A stretch of DNA of 64,000 nt, from NCBI GenBank assembly GCA_013041745.1, contig JABDRN010000080.1, forward strand, positions 11,198 through 75,197, given 5' to 3'. A program made the translations under genes and the position numbers. The DNA is from Gammaproteobacteria bacterium (GTDB taxonomy: Bacteria; Pseudomonadota; Gammaproteobacteria; SZUA-229). This document shows, piece by piece, positions 34,570 to 42,503 of this stretch (the stretch's first letter is position 1; every line of letters begins with the position of its first letter). The notes under the pieces were generated by a model. That model did no database searches and was not told where the DNA came from. It worked only from the letters and a program-made list of their open reading frames with translations.

Positions 34570-34815
34570 CACTTTCTTAGCGGGTAAAAAAATAGCCGGG
34601 GATTGTATCATTTATGGCGTTGTTGCGCTGTTCCCGGCAGGCTTATTTATATCTCAGGCACATGCATCGCGACCCAGCGCACCAAACAGCGAGTGATCGA
34701 GGCCTGCGAGCAGATACTGGACCGCGATCAATGCTGAAGAGTATGGCTAAGTTGAATAGCCTTATTGCTTCATTAGCATAGGCTTGTAGCCGTTTTTCAG
34801 ATTACAATTACTACC

Positions 34816-35526
34816 ATGAACTCACGACACCTGCAGCTCTACATCACCACGGAAGCACCCTGTAGTTATTTTGATGACAGGCTCAGCTGTAACCTGGTGC
34901 CTGATCCCGAACTACGTCTCAACATGCCGATCTACAACCAGCTCATCCAGCATGGTTTTCGCCGCAGCGGTAGTTACTGTTACCGCCCGCACTGCAATCA
35001 GTGCCAATCCTGCGTTGCCTGCCGCATACCGGTTGATAACTTCACCCCTAGCCGCTCACAGAGGCGATGTCTGAAGATCAACCAGGAGCTGAAGTTGAGT
35101 GCCGTAGCCGCTGATTTCAGCACAGAATATTTTGACCTGTATTGCCGTTATCTGAACTCCAGACACACCGATGGCTCGATGGCAAATCCCGCCGAACAGG
35201 ACTTCAGGCAATTCCTCTTCACTAAGTGGTGCGATACGCAATTTATCGAGCACCGCCTCGATGGCAAACTGGTTGCGGTTGCCGTGACCGATATCGTCGG
35301 TGACGGCGTTTCAGCGGTGTACAGTTTTTTTGATCCCGAAATGATAAAACACAGCCTGGGAACATACTGCGTGCTGAAGCAGGTGGATTATGCAAAACAG
35401 CTCGGGCTGGCCTTTGTATACCTCGGCTACTGGATCGAGAACCACCCCAAGATGCACTATAAGGCTAATTTCAGGCCATTGCAGATATACCGTGATGAAC
35501 GATGGCAACGTCTGAATAAAGCCTAG
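34816..35526 (+). CDS. bpt: Arginyltransferase-family aspartate/glutamate leucyltransferase Bpt
   Basis: 236 aa. CSYFDDR..., GFRRSGSYCYRPHCNQCQSC and the VYLGYWI motif are typical of bacterial ATE/Bpt. Confidence 0.88.
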   Translation: MNSRHLQLYITTEAPCSYFDDRLSCNLVPDPELRLNMPIYNQLIQHGFRRSGSYCYRPHCNQCQSCVACRIPVDNFTPSRSQRRCLKINQELKLSAVAADFSTEYFDLYCRYLNSRHTDGSMANPAEQDFRQFLFTKWCDTQFIEHRLDGKLVAVAVTDIVGDGVSAVYSFFDPEMIKHSLGTYCVLKQVDYAKQLGLAFVYLGYWIENHPKMHYKANFRPLQIYRDERWQRLNKA

Positions 35527-35668
35527 AAGTCGCTATATCAGGTGAGTAACAGAAGCCCAGGGCGAACAACCTGAGCACTTAAACTGACTGCTGCGCTTCA
35601 CCCGCAATGACGTAAAACCTTATTTAATAACGTTTTTTCACTCACAGATGTTGTGTTACCATGTTTAC

Positions 35669-35995
35669 ATGAGTATTCAAGATAACATTACACAAAAACT
35701 TAACGACGCCTTTTCGCCAGAACACCTTGAAGTAGTCAATGAGAGCTTCATGCACAATGTCCCGCAAGGCTCCGAGTCACATTTCAAGGTAACCATCGTC
35801 TGCGATGATTTCAAAGACAAGATGCTGGTTGCACGCCATCGATTAGTCAACAAGGTGCTGGCCGATGAACTACAGAAGGACCGCTCGGAAGGCGGCATCC
35901 ATGCATTGGCATTACACACCATGACTATGGAAGAGTGGTTTGAAAAAGGCAAGGCTCCCGACTCGCCTGAGTGCCTTGGAGGCGGGAAAAGTTAA
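35669..35995 (+). CDS. bolA: BolA family transcriptional regulator / Fe-S assembly factor
   Basis: The start is set at ATG 35669 (MSIQDNITQKLNDAF). LEVVNESFMHNVPQGSESHFKVTIV, RHRLV and IHALALHT match E. coli BolA closely, including the C-terminal SPEC..GGG tail. Confidence 0.88.
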   Translation: MSIQDNITQKLNDAFSPEHLEVVNESFMHNVPQGSESHFKVTIVCDDFKDKMLVARHRLVNKVLADELQKDRSEGGIHALALHTMTMEEWFEKGKAPDSPECLGGGKS

Positions 35996-36051
35996 CCGTT
36001 GTAAGCTATAACTATAAGACTGATACAGACAGCCAACAGGCGGGGAGCATC

Positions 36052-36279
36052 ATGTCAGACATACCACCGATAATATTAAACTTTGTATACGTCATGCTGG
36101 GGGGCATCCTGACGCTGTTCTTCATGAAGATCAGCTGCAGCATGTTTAACAAGATGGTCAATTTCAATATCAGCGATGAACTTGGCAAAGGCAATATCGC
36201 CGTCGGCTTGATGGTGATGGGTATCTTCATCGGAGTCGGCATCTCACTTGGTCTGGTCATCGGCCTCGGTCTCAGCTAG
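36052..36279 (+). CDS. DUF350-like small membrane protein
   Basis: The start is set at ATG 36052 (MSDIPPIILNF..), preceded by GGGGAG. There are two or three TM helices, with GNIAVGLMVMGIFIGVGI typical of DUF350. Confidence 0.7.
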   Translation: MSDIPPIILNFVYVMLGGILTLFFMKISCSMFNKMVNFNISDELGKGNIAVGLMVMGIFIGVGISLGLVIGLGLS

Positions 36280-36293
36280 CCCCTGCTGATACG

Positions 36294-36860
36294 ATGCGTC
36301 TGCTCACGATCTTATTTTCGGCTTTCCTGGTAAGTATCCTGAGCTATGATATGGCAGTTTCGCGGACGTTCGATGACCACCCGGTGCATTCCGGTAAGTG
36401 GACTGACCAGTATGACCGCTACTTTAAAAAGTACAGCAAACGTTATTTTGGCCCACTGTTCGACTGGCACTGGTTTAAAGCACAGGCAATCGCAGAATCA
36501 GCGCTTTCGCATGATGCCGAGAGCCATGTCGGTGCTCGCGGCCTGATGCAGATAATGCCAGCCACCTTTGATGAGATCTCAAAAAAGAATCCGCATTTCA
36601 GCAAACTCGAATCACCAAAATGGAACATCGCTGCCGGTATTTATTATAATCGCACGCTGTATAGAAAATTCACTAAAACGCCAGAGCAGGACAAACTGTA
36701 TATGACCTTTGCCAGCTATAACGCCGGTTATGGTCGCATATTGAATGCATCAAAACGTGCCGGCAGCGAAGAAAAAATCTGGGAAGAGATAAAACCGCAC
36801 CTGCCGTCAGAGACACGGGGCTATGTCGCCCGCATCAGAAGATTGATGGGCGAAAGCTAG
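36294..36860 (+). CDS. Lytic transglycosylase (SLT domain)
   Basis: 188 aa with a signal peptide. AQAIAESALSHDAESHVGARGLMQIMPATF (catalytic ES..GLMQ) and ASYNAGYGR motifs. Confidence 0.85.
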   Translation: MRLLTILFSAFLVSILSYDMAVSRTFDDHPVHSGKWTDQYDRYFKKYSKRYFGPLFDWHWFKAQAIAESALSHDAESHVGARGLMQIMPATFDEISKKNPHFSKLESPKWNIAAGIYYNRTLYRKFTKTPEQDKLYMTFASYNAGYGRILNASKRAGSEEKIWEEIKPHLPSETRGYVARIRRLMGES

Positions 36861-36886
36861 CCCACGACCGAGATGTAATCTAGTAG

Positions 36887-37231
36887 TTATTCGACACACT
36901 CGATACAACGCGTAGTCGTTGGCTCGACTGCCAGCCGTTGTGCAGAGATCTCTTCTCCGCAGACAAAACAATAACCGTACTCACCGGACTCGAGGCGGCG
37001 TAATGCACCTTCGATCCTTTTCATCTGATGTTGACGACGCCTGGCAGATTCCAGAGCCATCTGCTGTGCCTGCATCGCGTCCATACGACTCAAGCGGCCG
37101 ACCCGCGTCTGATCCAGTTCAACCGTGTTACTGCTATCGCGGTATTCCTGTTCCTGGGCTTGCAGTTCCATCTTCAAATTGAGCAGTTGTTGCCTGATCT
37201 GTTCGACAGTGTCGTCATTCATCGGCATCAC
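36887..37231 (-). CDS. DksA/TraR-family C4 zinc-finger protein
   Basis: 114 aa: a coiled coil followed by CFVCGEEI..(17)..CIECVE. Confidence 0.8.
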   Translation of the reverse strand: MMPMNDDTVEQIRQQLLNLKMELQAQEQEYRDSSNTVELDQTRVGRLSRMDAMQAQQMALESARRRQHQMKRIEGALRRLESGEYGYCFVCGEEISAQRLAVEPTTTRCIECVE

Positions 37232-37275
37232 AGGTGGTTAAGATAATTGAAAAATCTTACTGTAAGATCGTGGCG

Positions 37276-37989
37276 TTATTCGGCAATGGCTTCAGCGGAG
37301 AGAATGTCTTCAAGCAAAGGGCTGTAAACCCAGATTGTCTGCTTGATCGCCTCATCACGAAGTGCTACCACCTGGCTCCATTGCTCCTGCTTGTTCAGTT
37401 CAAGAACCACCTCGCCTTTCAACAACCTGGTTATGATCTTACTCTCCGTCGACGGTCCTTTTCTCGCGTTAAGTTTTGTAGCTTTAACCTGTCGCTTGAT
37501 ACCAAACAGGGATTCATGATCTTTGATGATCGAATAAAGGCGCTCAGTGATCGCCTCGTCATTTCTCAACATCATGGATTTTAAGATCACGATCGCATCT
37601 TCATGACCATCTATAGCTGCGACCAGGTAATTATCGATCGCCGCATCAGAATCTTTTGCAACTTCACCATCACCCAGGCTATACAACATACCGATAGAAA
37701 AACTGGCATCACTATGCCCCTGCGCTGCAGCTTTCTGCCACCACTCCAGGGCCAGGCTGTCATTGACTCGAAGACCATAGCCGTTCATATACATCCAGCC
37801 GATATTATATTGCGCATCGGCATCACCGTTTTCAGCCAGCGGCCTCATTATGCAGTAAGCCTCAGCAAAATCACCCGCACGCATAGCTGTGACGGCGTTA
37901 TCCAGATCACTTGCAAAAACATTATTAAATGCTGTTGCCAGGCACAGGCATATGAACAGGGCGCTTTTGCTTGGTGTTTTATAGGTCAT
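37276..37989 (-). CDS. Secreted Sel1-repeat protein with a C-terminal SH3b-like domain
   Basis: 237 aa with a signal peptide. Sel1 repeats (DADAQYNIGWMYMNGYGLRVN.., AAAQGHSDASFSIGMLYSLGDG). The C-terminus VKATKLNARKGPSTESKIITRLLKGEVVLE is SH3b-like. Confidence 0.78.
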   Translation of the reverse strand: MTYKTPSKSALFICLCLATAFNNVFASDLDNAVTAMRAGDFAEAYCIMRPLAENGDADAQYNIGWMYMNGYGLRVNDSLALEWWQKAAAQGHSDASFSIGMLYSLGDGEVAKDSDAAIDNYLVAAIDGHEDAIVILKSMMLRNDEAITERLYSIIKDHESLFGIKRQVKATKLNARKGPSTESKIITRLLKGEVVLELNKQEQWSQVVALRDEAIKQTIWVYSPLLEDILSAEAIAE

Positions 37990-38215
37990 TCGCTGGCTGT
38001 TTTAGTCTTATTAGTCGTATTACCAGTATAACAATCAGGAAACTGTGCCAGAACAGATCAAAGATGTCGATACCCTTGCTCAGTTCGCCCTGGACCAGCA
38101 TACGTGATTTTTCCAGCAGATGAGGTTCTGGCGAGAACGGTGCCAGCGCCATTACCAGGGTAATGATTACCAAAGGTCCCAGTGGAATTCGATCAATATA
38201 CTTTAACATTATCAT
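37979..38215 (-). CDS. Small two-TM membrane protein, function unknown
   Basis: 78 aa with two hydrophobic helices. Its start overlaps the gshA stop (ATGA), and its 3' end overlaps the next gene's start by 11 nt. Confidence 0.6.
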   Translation of the reverse strand: MIMLKYIDRIPLGPLVIITLVMALAPFSPEPHLLEKSRMLVQGELSKGIDIFDLFWHSFLIVILVIRLIRLKQPANDL

Positions 38216-39786
38216 TCCTCGTCAAAATATTTCTGCAGGAAATCATCAAAGCTGATACTGTCTTCGGCTTCTATCTGACGCTGCTTGTCGATTGATTCTT
38301 TTGCCGCATCCTCAAATAACTTTACCTTGCTTTCAGGTAAAGCATGGCTCTTGTAGTACAGATAATGGTGCTTCGACATACGCTGCGCATGATGAAAAAA
38401 ACCCTCGTTATTCTCCCTCATCTCTGCCAGCATCCTGGCTGATGGCGTAAGGTCAGGGTCAAACACACTGGCGATCTGAGACTTGACGCTGGAAAAATAG
38501 TTCTCGCAATAGTGTGCCCTGTCGAGCAGGCTGGCCACCGGTTTCATCTTGTTACACAACTCACTCGCCCAGTCCTGCAGACTGATCTTCTCATCACCGC
38601 GGCGCAGATCCAGACCAGTCTCTCGGCCGTTATGTGCGACCAGCACCAGGTTCTCGTCGATGGCATCGATTTCGCTGTCGCTTAATGTCGGGCTCTCCTG
38701 CAACAAACAGAACAGCATCAGCACCTCGAAAAAATGCAGCTGTTCCGAATTAATACCGTGCGGATCAAATGCATTTACATCGACCGAACGCAACTCGACG
38801 TATGCCACCCCTCTCTTCTTCAATGCGGCTGATGGTTTTTCATTACCCTGCAGTATCTGTTTTGGCCTTACCGTGCTGTAATATTCATTTTCAATCTGCA
38901 GGATATTAGCATTGAGCTGCAGGTATTCGCCATTCACTTTTACACCGATCTCTTCATAACCCGAGTAAGGCGTATTAATCGCGTATTGCAGACTCTCTGC
39001 ATAGGCGTCAAGTGAATCATAGCAGGCCTTGATGCCTGCCAGGTCTTCTTTGTTGTTCTGATAACCAATATCACCCAATCGTAGAGATGTTGCATAAGGC
39101 TCGTAATAAGTGTTTTCGTTAAACTCGTGTAAGATAGTTCGCTTACCATTCAAGAATGACTTACAGACTGCTGGCGATGCACCGAACAGATATGGCACCA
39201 GCCAGCCATAACGCAACAGGTTGCGAACCAGCCCCATGTACTGTTCAGAAATGAAATCCTGCATTGGCTCATCATTATTCAGTAGCTTTTGATACAACTG
39301 CCAGAACTCTTCGGAGAAAGAATAGTTAAAATGTACCCCGGCGATCACCTGCATGGCACGGCCATAACGCAGACCCAGCCCCCTGCGATAGACTGTCTTC
39401 ATCTGCGCCGCATTAGATGAACCATATTGTGCTAACGGAATACTGGTCTCACCCGCGACTACACAGGGCATACTTGTCGCCCAGAGAATCTCATTATCCA
39501 GGTTACGGTAGATGAAATTCTGGATATCATCCAACGATTGAATGACTTCAGATATCGAATCACAGGGCGGTGTTACCAGCTCAGTCAATGCTTCTGAAAA
39601 ATCAGTGGTTATCAGCGGGTGCGTCAATGGCGAACCCCAGGCTGCAGGGTGCGGCGTCTGTGCGATGCCCCCTTCTGGCATCACCCGCAGACTTTCTTTT
39701 TCCAGACCGATCTTCGATTTTGCTAATGCTTCTTCAATTCCGGGAGAATTCAATAAGGACAGATGTTGTTGGAATAGCTGATACAA
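38212..39786 (-). CDS. gshA: Glutamate--cysteine ligase GshA
   Basis: 524 aa. KIGLEKESLRV near the N-terminus, then ..RMWAGVHFNYS-like and YVELRSVDVNAF motifs of proteobacterial type 1 GCL. Confidence 0.93.
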   Translation of the reverse strand: MYQLFQQHLSLLNSPGIEEALAKSKIGLEKESLRVMPEGGIAQTPHPAAWGSPLTHPLITTDFSEALTELVTPPCDSISEVIQSLDDIQNFIYRNLDNEILWATSMPCVVAGETSIPLAQYGSSNAAQMKTVYRRGLGLRYGRAMQVIAGVHFNYSFSEEFWQLYQKLLNNDEPMQDFISEQYMGLVRNLLRYGWLVPYLFGASPAVCKSFLNGKRTILHEFNENTYYEPYATSLRLGDIGYQNNKEDLAGIKACYDSLDAYAESLQYAINTPYSGYEEIGVKVNGEYLQLNANILQIENEYYSTVRPKQILQGNEKPSAALKKRGVAYVELRSVDVNAFDPHGINSEQLHFFEVLMLFCLLQESPTLSDSEIDAIDENLVLVAHNGRETGLDLRRGDEKISLQDWASELCNKMKPVASLLDRAHYCENYFSSVKSQIASVFDPDLTPSARMLAEMRENNEGFFHHAQRMSKHHYLYYKSHALPESKVKLFEDAAKESIDKQRQIEAEDSISFDDFLQKYFDEE

Positions 39787-39906
39787 AGGTTTTTACCACT
39801 TCAGTAAATTAGAGTTTGATTATACTTAATATTCTGCGAGTCGTTTGTTTAAAACTGATGCTTTTAGTTAAAACATAGCTTTCGATCTAAAACGGATTAC
39901 TGATAA

Positions 39907-40170
39907 CTACTTTTCAACAACGCGATATCTCGGTTTCACACTACTGTGTGATTGTGGCGTCTTATTACCAGCCTGCACGATGCGGTATTCAAACTTACAA
40001 CCCATGGCTTCAGCCGCTCTCTGCATCATTTTCAGCGTGACCGCACCCCGGGCTTCATCTTTTTCCAATACTGATACCCTGGCCGCACTTACCTGCATTC
40101 GATCGGCCAATTGAAAACCTTTTAATCCCTGCTTTTTGCGTGTACGCCTGATCCAGCCTGCATCACTCAT
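39907..40170 (-). CDS. XRE-family helix-turn-helix regulator (orphan)
   Basis: The start is set at ATG 40170 (MSDAGWIRRTRKKQGLKGFQLADRMQVSAARVSVLE), preceded by AGGGGG. The HTH_3-type motif is Q..LA..MQVS...VS.LE. Confidence 0.8.
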   Translation of the reverse strand: MSDAGWIRRTRKKQGLKGFQLADRMQVSAARVSVLEKDEARGAVTLKMMQRAAEAMGCKFEYRIVQAGNKTPQSHSSVKPRYRVVEK

Positions 40171-40180
40171 AGAACCCCCT

Positions 40181-40223
40181 ATAATTAACATATATATTAA
40201 TAATTAATATATATGTTAATTAT
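40181..40223. repeat. Perfect 43-bp palindrome (21+1+21), all A/T except one C:G pair
   Basis: ATAATTAACATATATATTAAT-A-ATTAATATATATGTTAATTAT centred on 40202. I checked every pair by hand. It lies 11 bp upstream of the XRE start codon. Confidence 0.95.
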
Positions 40224-40237
40224 TAATGAAATACAAG

Positions 40238-40270
40238 AAAAAAGCCCAGTTTTTATTTGCCGGGCTTTTT
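40238..40270 (-). terminator. Rho-independent terminator after the DUF1015 gene (A-tract/T-tract on both sides)
   Basis: The minus strand reads AGCCCGG-loop-CTGGGCT followed by TTTTTTCTT, with one mismatch in the stem. A second 8-bp hairpin, CTGTAAAC-GAG-GTTTACAG, lies at 40281-40299. Confidence 0.6.
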
Positions 40271-40300
40271 CTGATATATGCTGTAAACGAGGTTTACAGA

Positions 40301-41533
40301 TTAATCAAGCACATGTGATACCAGACCATCAGCCAGCTTCGGTTCAAACCAGGTTGATTTAGGCGGCATCACCTCATCAGCATCAGCCACTGCCATAAGG
40401 GCTTCCATACTGGTTGGGTACAAAGAAAAGGCTATCGCCATCTCGCCACTATCGACCCGTTTTTCCAGTTCAGCCAGGCCACGGATACCACCAACGAAGT
40501 CGATACGGTTATCGGTTCTAGGATCGGAAATACCGAGCACAGGTTCGATAAGATTATTCGCTAACAGGCTGACATCAAGTGACTCCACAGGATCATCGGG
40601 TACCAGTTCAGAATTAATGTTCAAGCGGTACCACTGGCCATCCATGTACATACCGAACTCAGTCGCCTTCGCCGGTTTGACCGCTGCAGGCTCTTCAGTG
40701 ACGGTAAAAGCCGCTTTTACTTTTTCCAGTACCTCATCCTTACTCAAACCGTTGAGATCGGTGATCACACGGTTATAGTCAAGGATATTCATCTGATTAT
40801 GAGGGTAGATAACAGACAGGAAGTAGTCGCTGCTCTGATCACCACCAGCATCGCTCAATGCATGACTTTTCGCGACGCGAGAAGCAGAGGCCGAACGGTG
40901 ATGGCCATCAGCGATATAGATAGCATCCATAGCATCAAATCCTGCACTGATCTTTTCAATGGTGGCGTCATCATCGATCACCCAGAATGTATGCTGCACA
41001 CCATCATCCGCCGTCACATCAACCACTGGCGGCTGTTTGGTAGTCTCTTCGAGGATGGCATCCATATCCGCCTGTGACTTATACGCCAGCAAAACCGGCC
41101 CTGTCTGGGCATTAAGCGCCTCGATCTGGCGAACGCGGTCATCTTCTTTTGCCGGTCGTGTATATTCGTGTTTACGTACTCTGTTGATATCGTAATCAGC
41201 CACCGACGCTGCCGCGACCAGGCCAACCTGTGAATGCCCATCCATGATCAAACGGTAAACGTAATAGCAGGGCTTATCTTCACGCATCAGGATACCTTCC
41301 TGCATCATCTTCTGCAGGTTTTCAGCAGACTTGGCATATACTGATGGATCATACGGGTCTGTACCTTCCGGTAGATCGATCTCGGCTTTTGAGATATGCA
41401 GAAAGCTCCAAGGACGGCCAGCAGCACGTTCACGCGCTTCAGCAGAATTTAATACGTCATACGGCGGTGCAACAACTTCTTCTGCGCGCTCGGGTACCGG
41501 ACGCAATCCGGCAAATGGCTTTATTAATGGCAT
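40301..41533 (-). CDS. DUF1015 family protein
   Basis: 410 aa. The N-terminus MPLIKPFAGLRPVPERAEEVVAPPYDVL and the internal ADGHHR motif are typical of DUF1015. Confidence 0.82.
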   Translation of the reverse strand: MPLIKPFAGLRPVPERAEEVVAPPYDVLNSAEARERAAGRPWSFLHISKAEIDLPEGTDPYDPSVYAKSAENLQKMMQEGILMREDKPCYYVYRLIMDGHSQVGLVAAASVADYDINRVRKHEYTRPAKEDDRVRQIEALNAQTGPVLLAYKSQADMDAILEETTKQPPVVDVTADDGVQHTFWVIDDDATIEKISAGFDAMDAIYIADGHHRSASASRVAKSHALSDAGGDQSSDYFLSVIYPHNQMNILDYNRVITDLNGLSKDEVLEKVKAAFTVTEEPAAVKPAKATEFGMYMDGQWYRLNINSELVPDDPVESLDVSLLANNLIEPVLGISDPRTDNRIDFVGGIRGLAELEKRVDSGEMAIAFSLYPTSMEALMAVADADEVMPPKSTWFEPKLADGLVSHVLD

Positions 41534-41694
41534 TATTCTTCTCGGGTCTATTTTTGGTGTGCGGATTATACAGTATCTTTGGCAATCATCGTATGCCAGG
41601 CGCTGCTGAATCGAGGCACATGTCCCCAGGAACTGGGCCCAAGCCTTTGACTAAAGCTATTCACCGTCAATTCTATATGTTAAAAGTACATCGA

Positions 41695-41736
41695 TTGATT
41701 TATAGCAATAAACTCATTGATTTATAACAGTACAAT
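41695..41736 (+). promoter_or_regulatory. Class II FNR/CRP-family-dependent promoter: TTGAT-N4-ATCAA-like box plus -10
   Basis: The box TTGATTTATAGCAA (41695-41708) has one mismatch. The -10 TACAAT lies at 41731-41736. Box centre to -10 centre is 32 bp, which places the box at -41.5. Confidence 0.6.
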
Positions 41737-41769
41737 TTTCAGGATTCCTACGCCAAGGTGCCTATTCCA

Positions 41770-42462
41770 ATGAAATCAGCAATTCAGTACGCGGTATTCG
41801 TACTCCTGTGCCTGACTATTCCCAATACTCAGGCAGTCGAGAAAATCACCATCAAACTGGACTTCATCCCCAATATCGAAGACGGTCAAACAACATATGG
41901 CGTCTGCGCCAGGTGTCATCTACCGGAAGCCTGGGGTAACGACGACGGCACCTACCCGCAACTGGCTGGGCAGCATGTCAATGTCCTGATGAAGCAATTA
42001 CTGGATATCCGTAATGGTACTCGTCACTCATCACTGATGTTTCCTTTCGTACAGTCTCGAACGGTTGGCGGCTACCAGGAATTAAGTAACGTGGTAGCGT
42101 ACATATCAACCCTGCCGATGAACCCAGATCATTCAAGGGGTCCATGGCAGAAAGGTAGTGAGCAATTTGAACAGGGCAAAGAAATATACCAGAAACACTG
42201 TGCAGCATGCCATGGCGATAATGGCGAGGGTAACAACGAACTGGTCTACCCCAGATTACAGGGCCAGCACTTTCAATATATGAACCAGCAGATCATGCGG
42301 ATTAAAAATGGTGTGCGTCAGGTACATCCGGCCATGCAGGCCGTGGTAAGTGAACTTGAGCCAGAGCAGCTCGAACAAGCCATTAACTATGCCAGTTATT
42401 TTGCTGTGCCAAAAGAAGATATGGCATCATCCAAGACATGGCGTAACCCCGATTTTAATTAG
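41770..42462 (+). CDS. Dihaem c-type cytochrome (c4 / FccA-like)
   Basis: Two CXXCH motifs (CARCH, CAACH), each followed by YPQLAGQH / YPRLQGQH. Signal peptide MKSAIQYAVFVLLCLTIPNTQA. I prefer ATG 41770 (AAGGTG Shine-Dalgarno) over the ORF-track GTG at 41758. Confidence 0.85.
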   Translation: MKSAIQYAVFVLLCLTIPNTQAVEKITIKLDFIPNIEDGQTTYGVCARCHLPEAWGNDDGTYPQLAGQHVNVLMKQLLDIRNGTRHSSLMFPFVQSRTVGGYQELSNVVAYISTLPMNPDHSRGPWQKGSEQFEQGKEIYQKHCAACHGDNGEGNNELVYPRLQGQHFQYMNQQIMRIKNGVRQVHPAMQAVVSELEPEQLEQAINYASYFAVPKEDMASSKTWRNPDFN

Positions 42463-42503
42463 AGTCCGAATAATTATAGGCCCGCTTCGAACAAGAGATA
42501 AAC

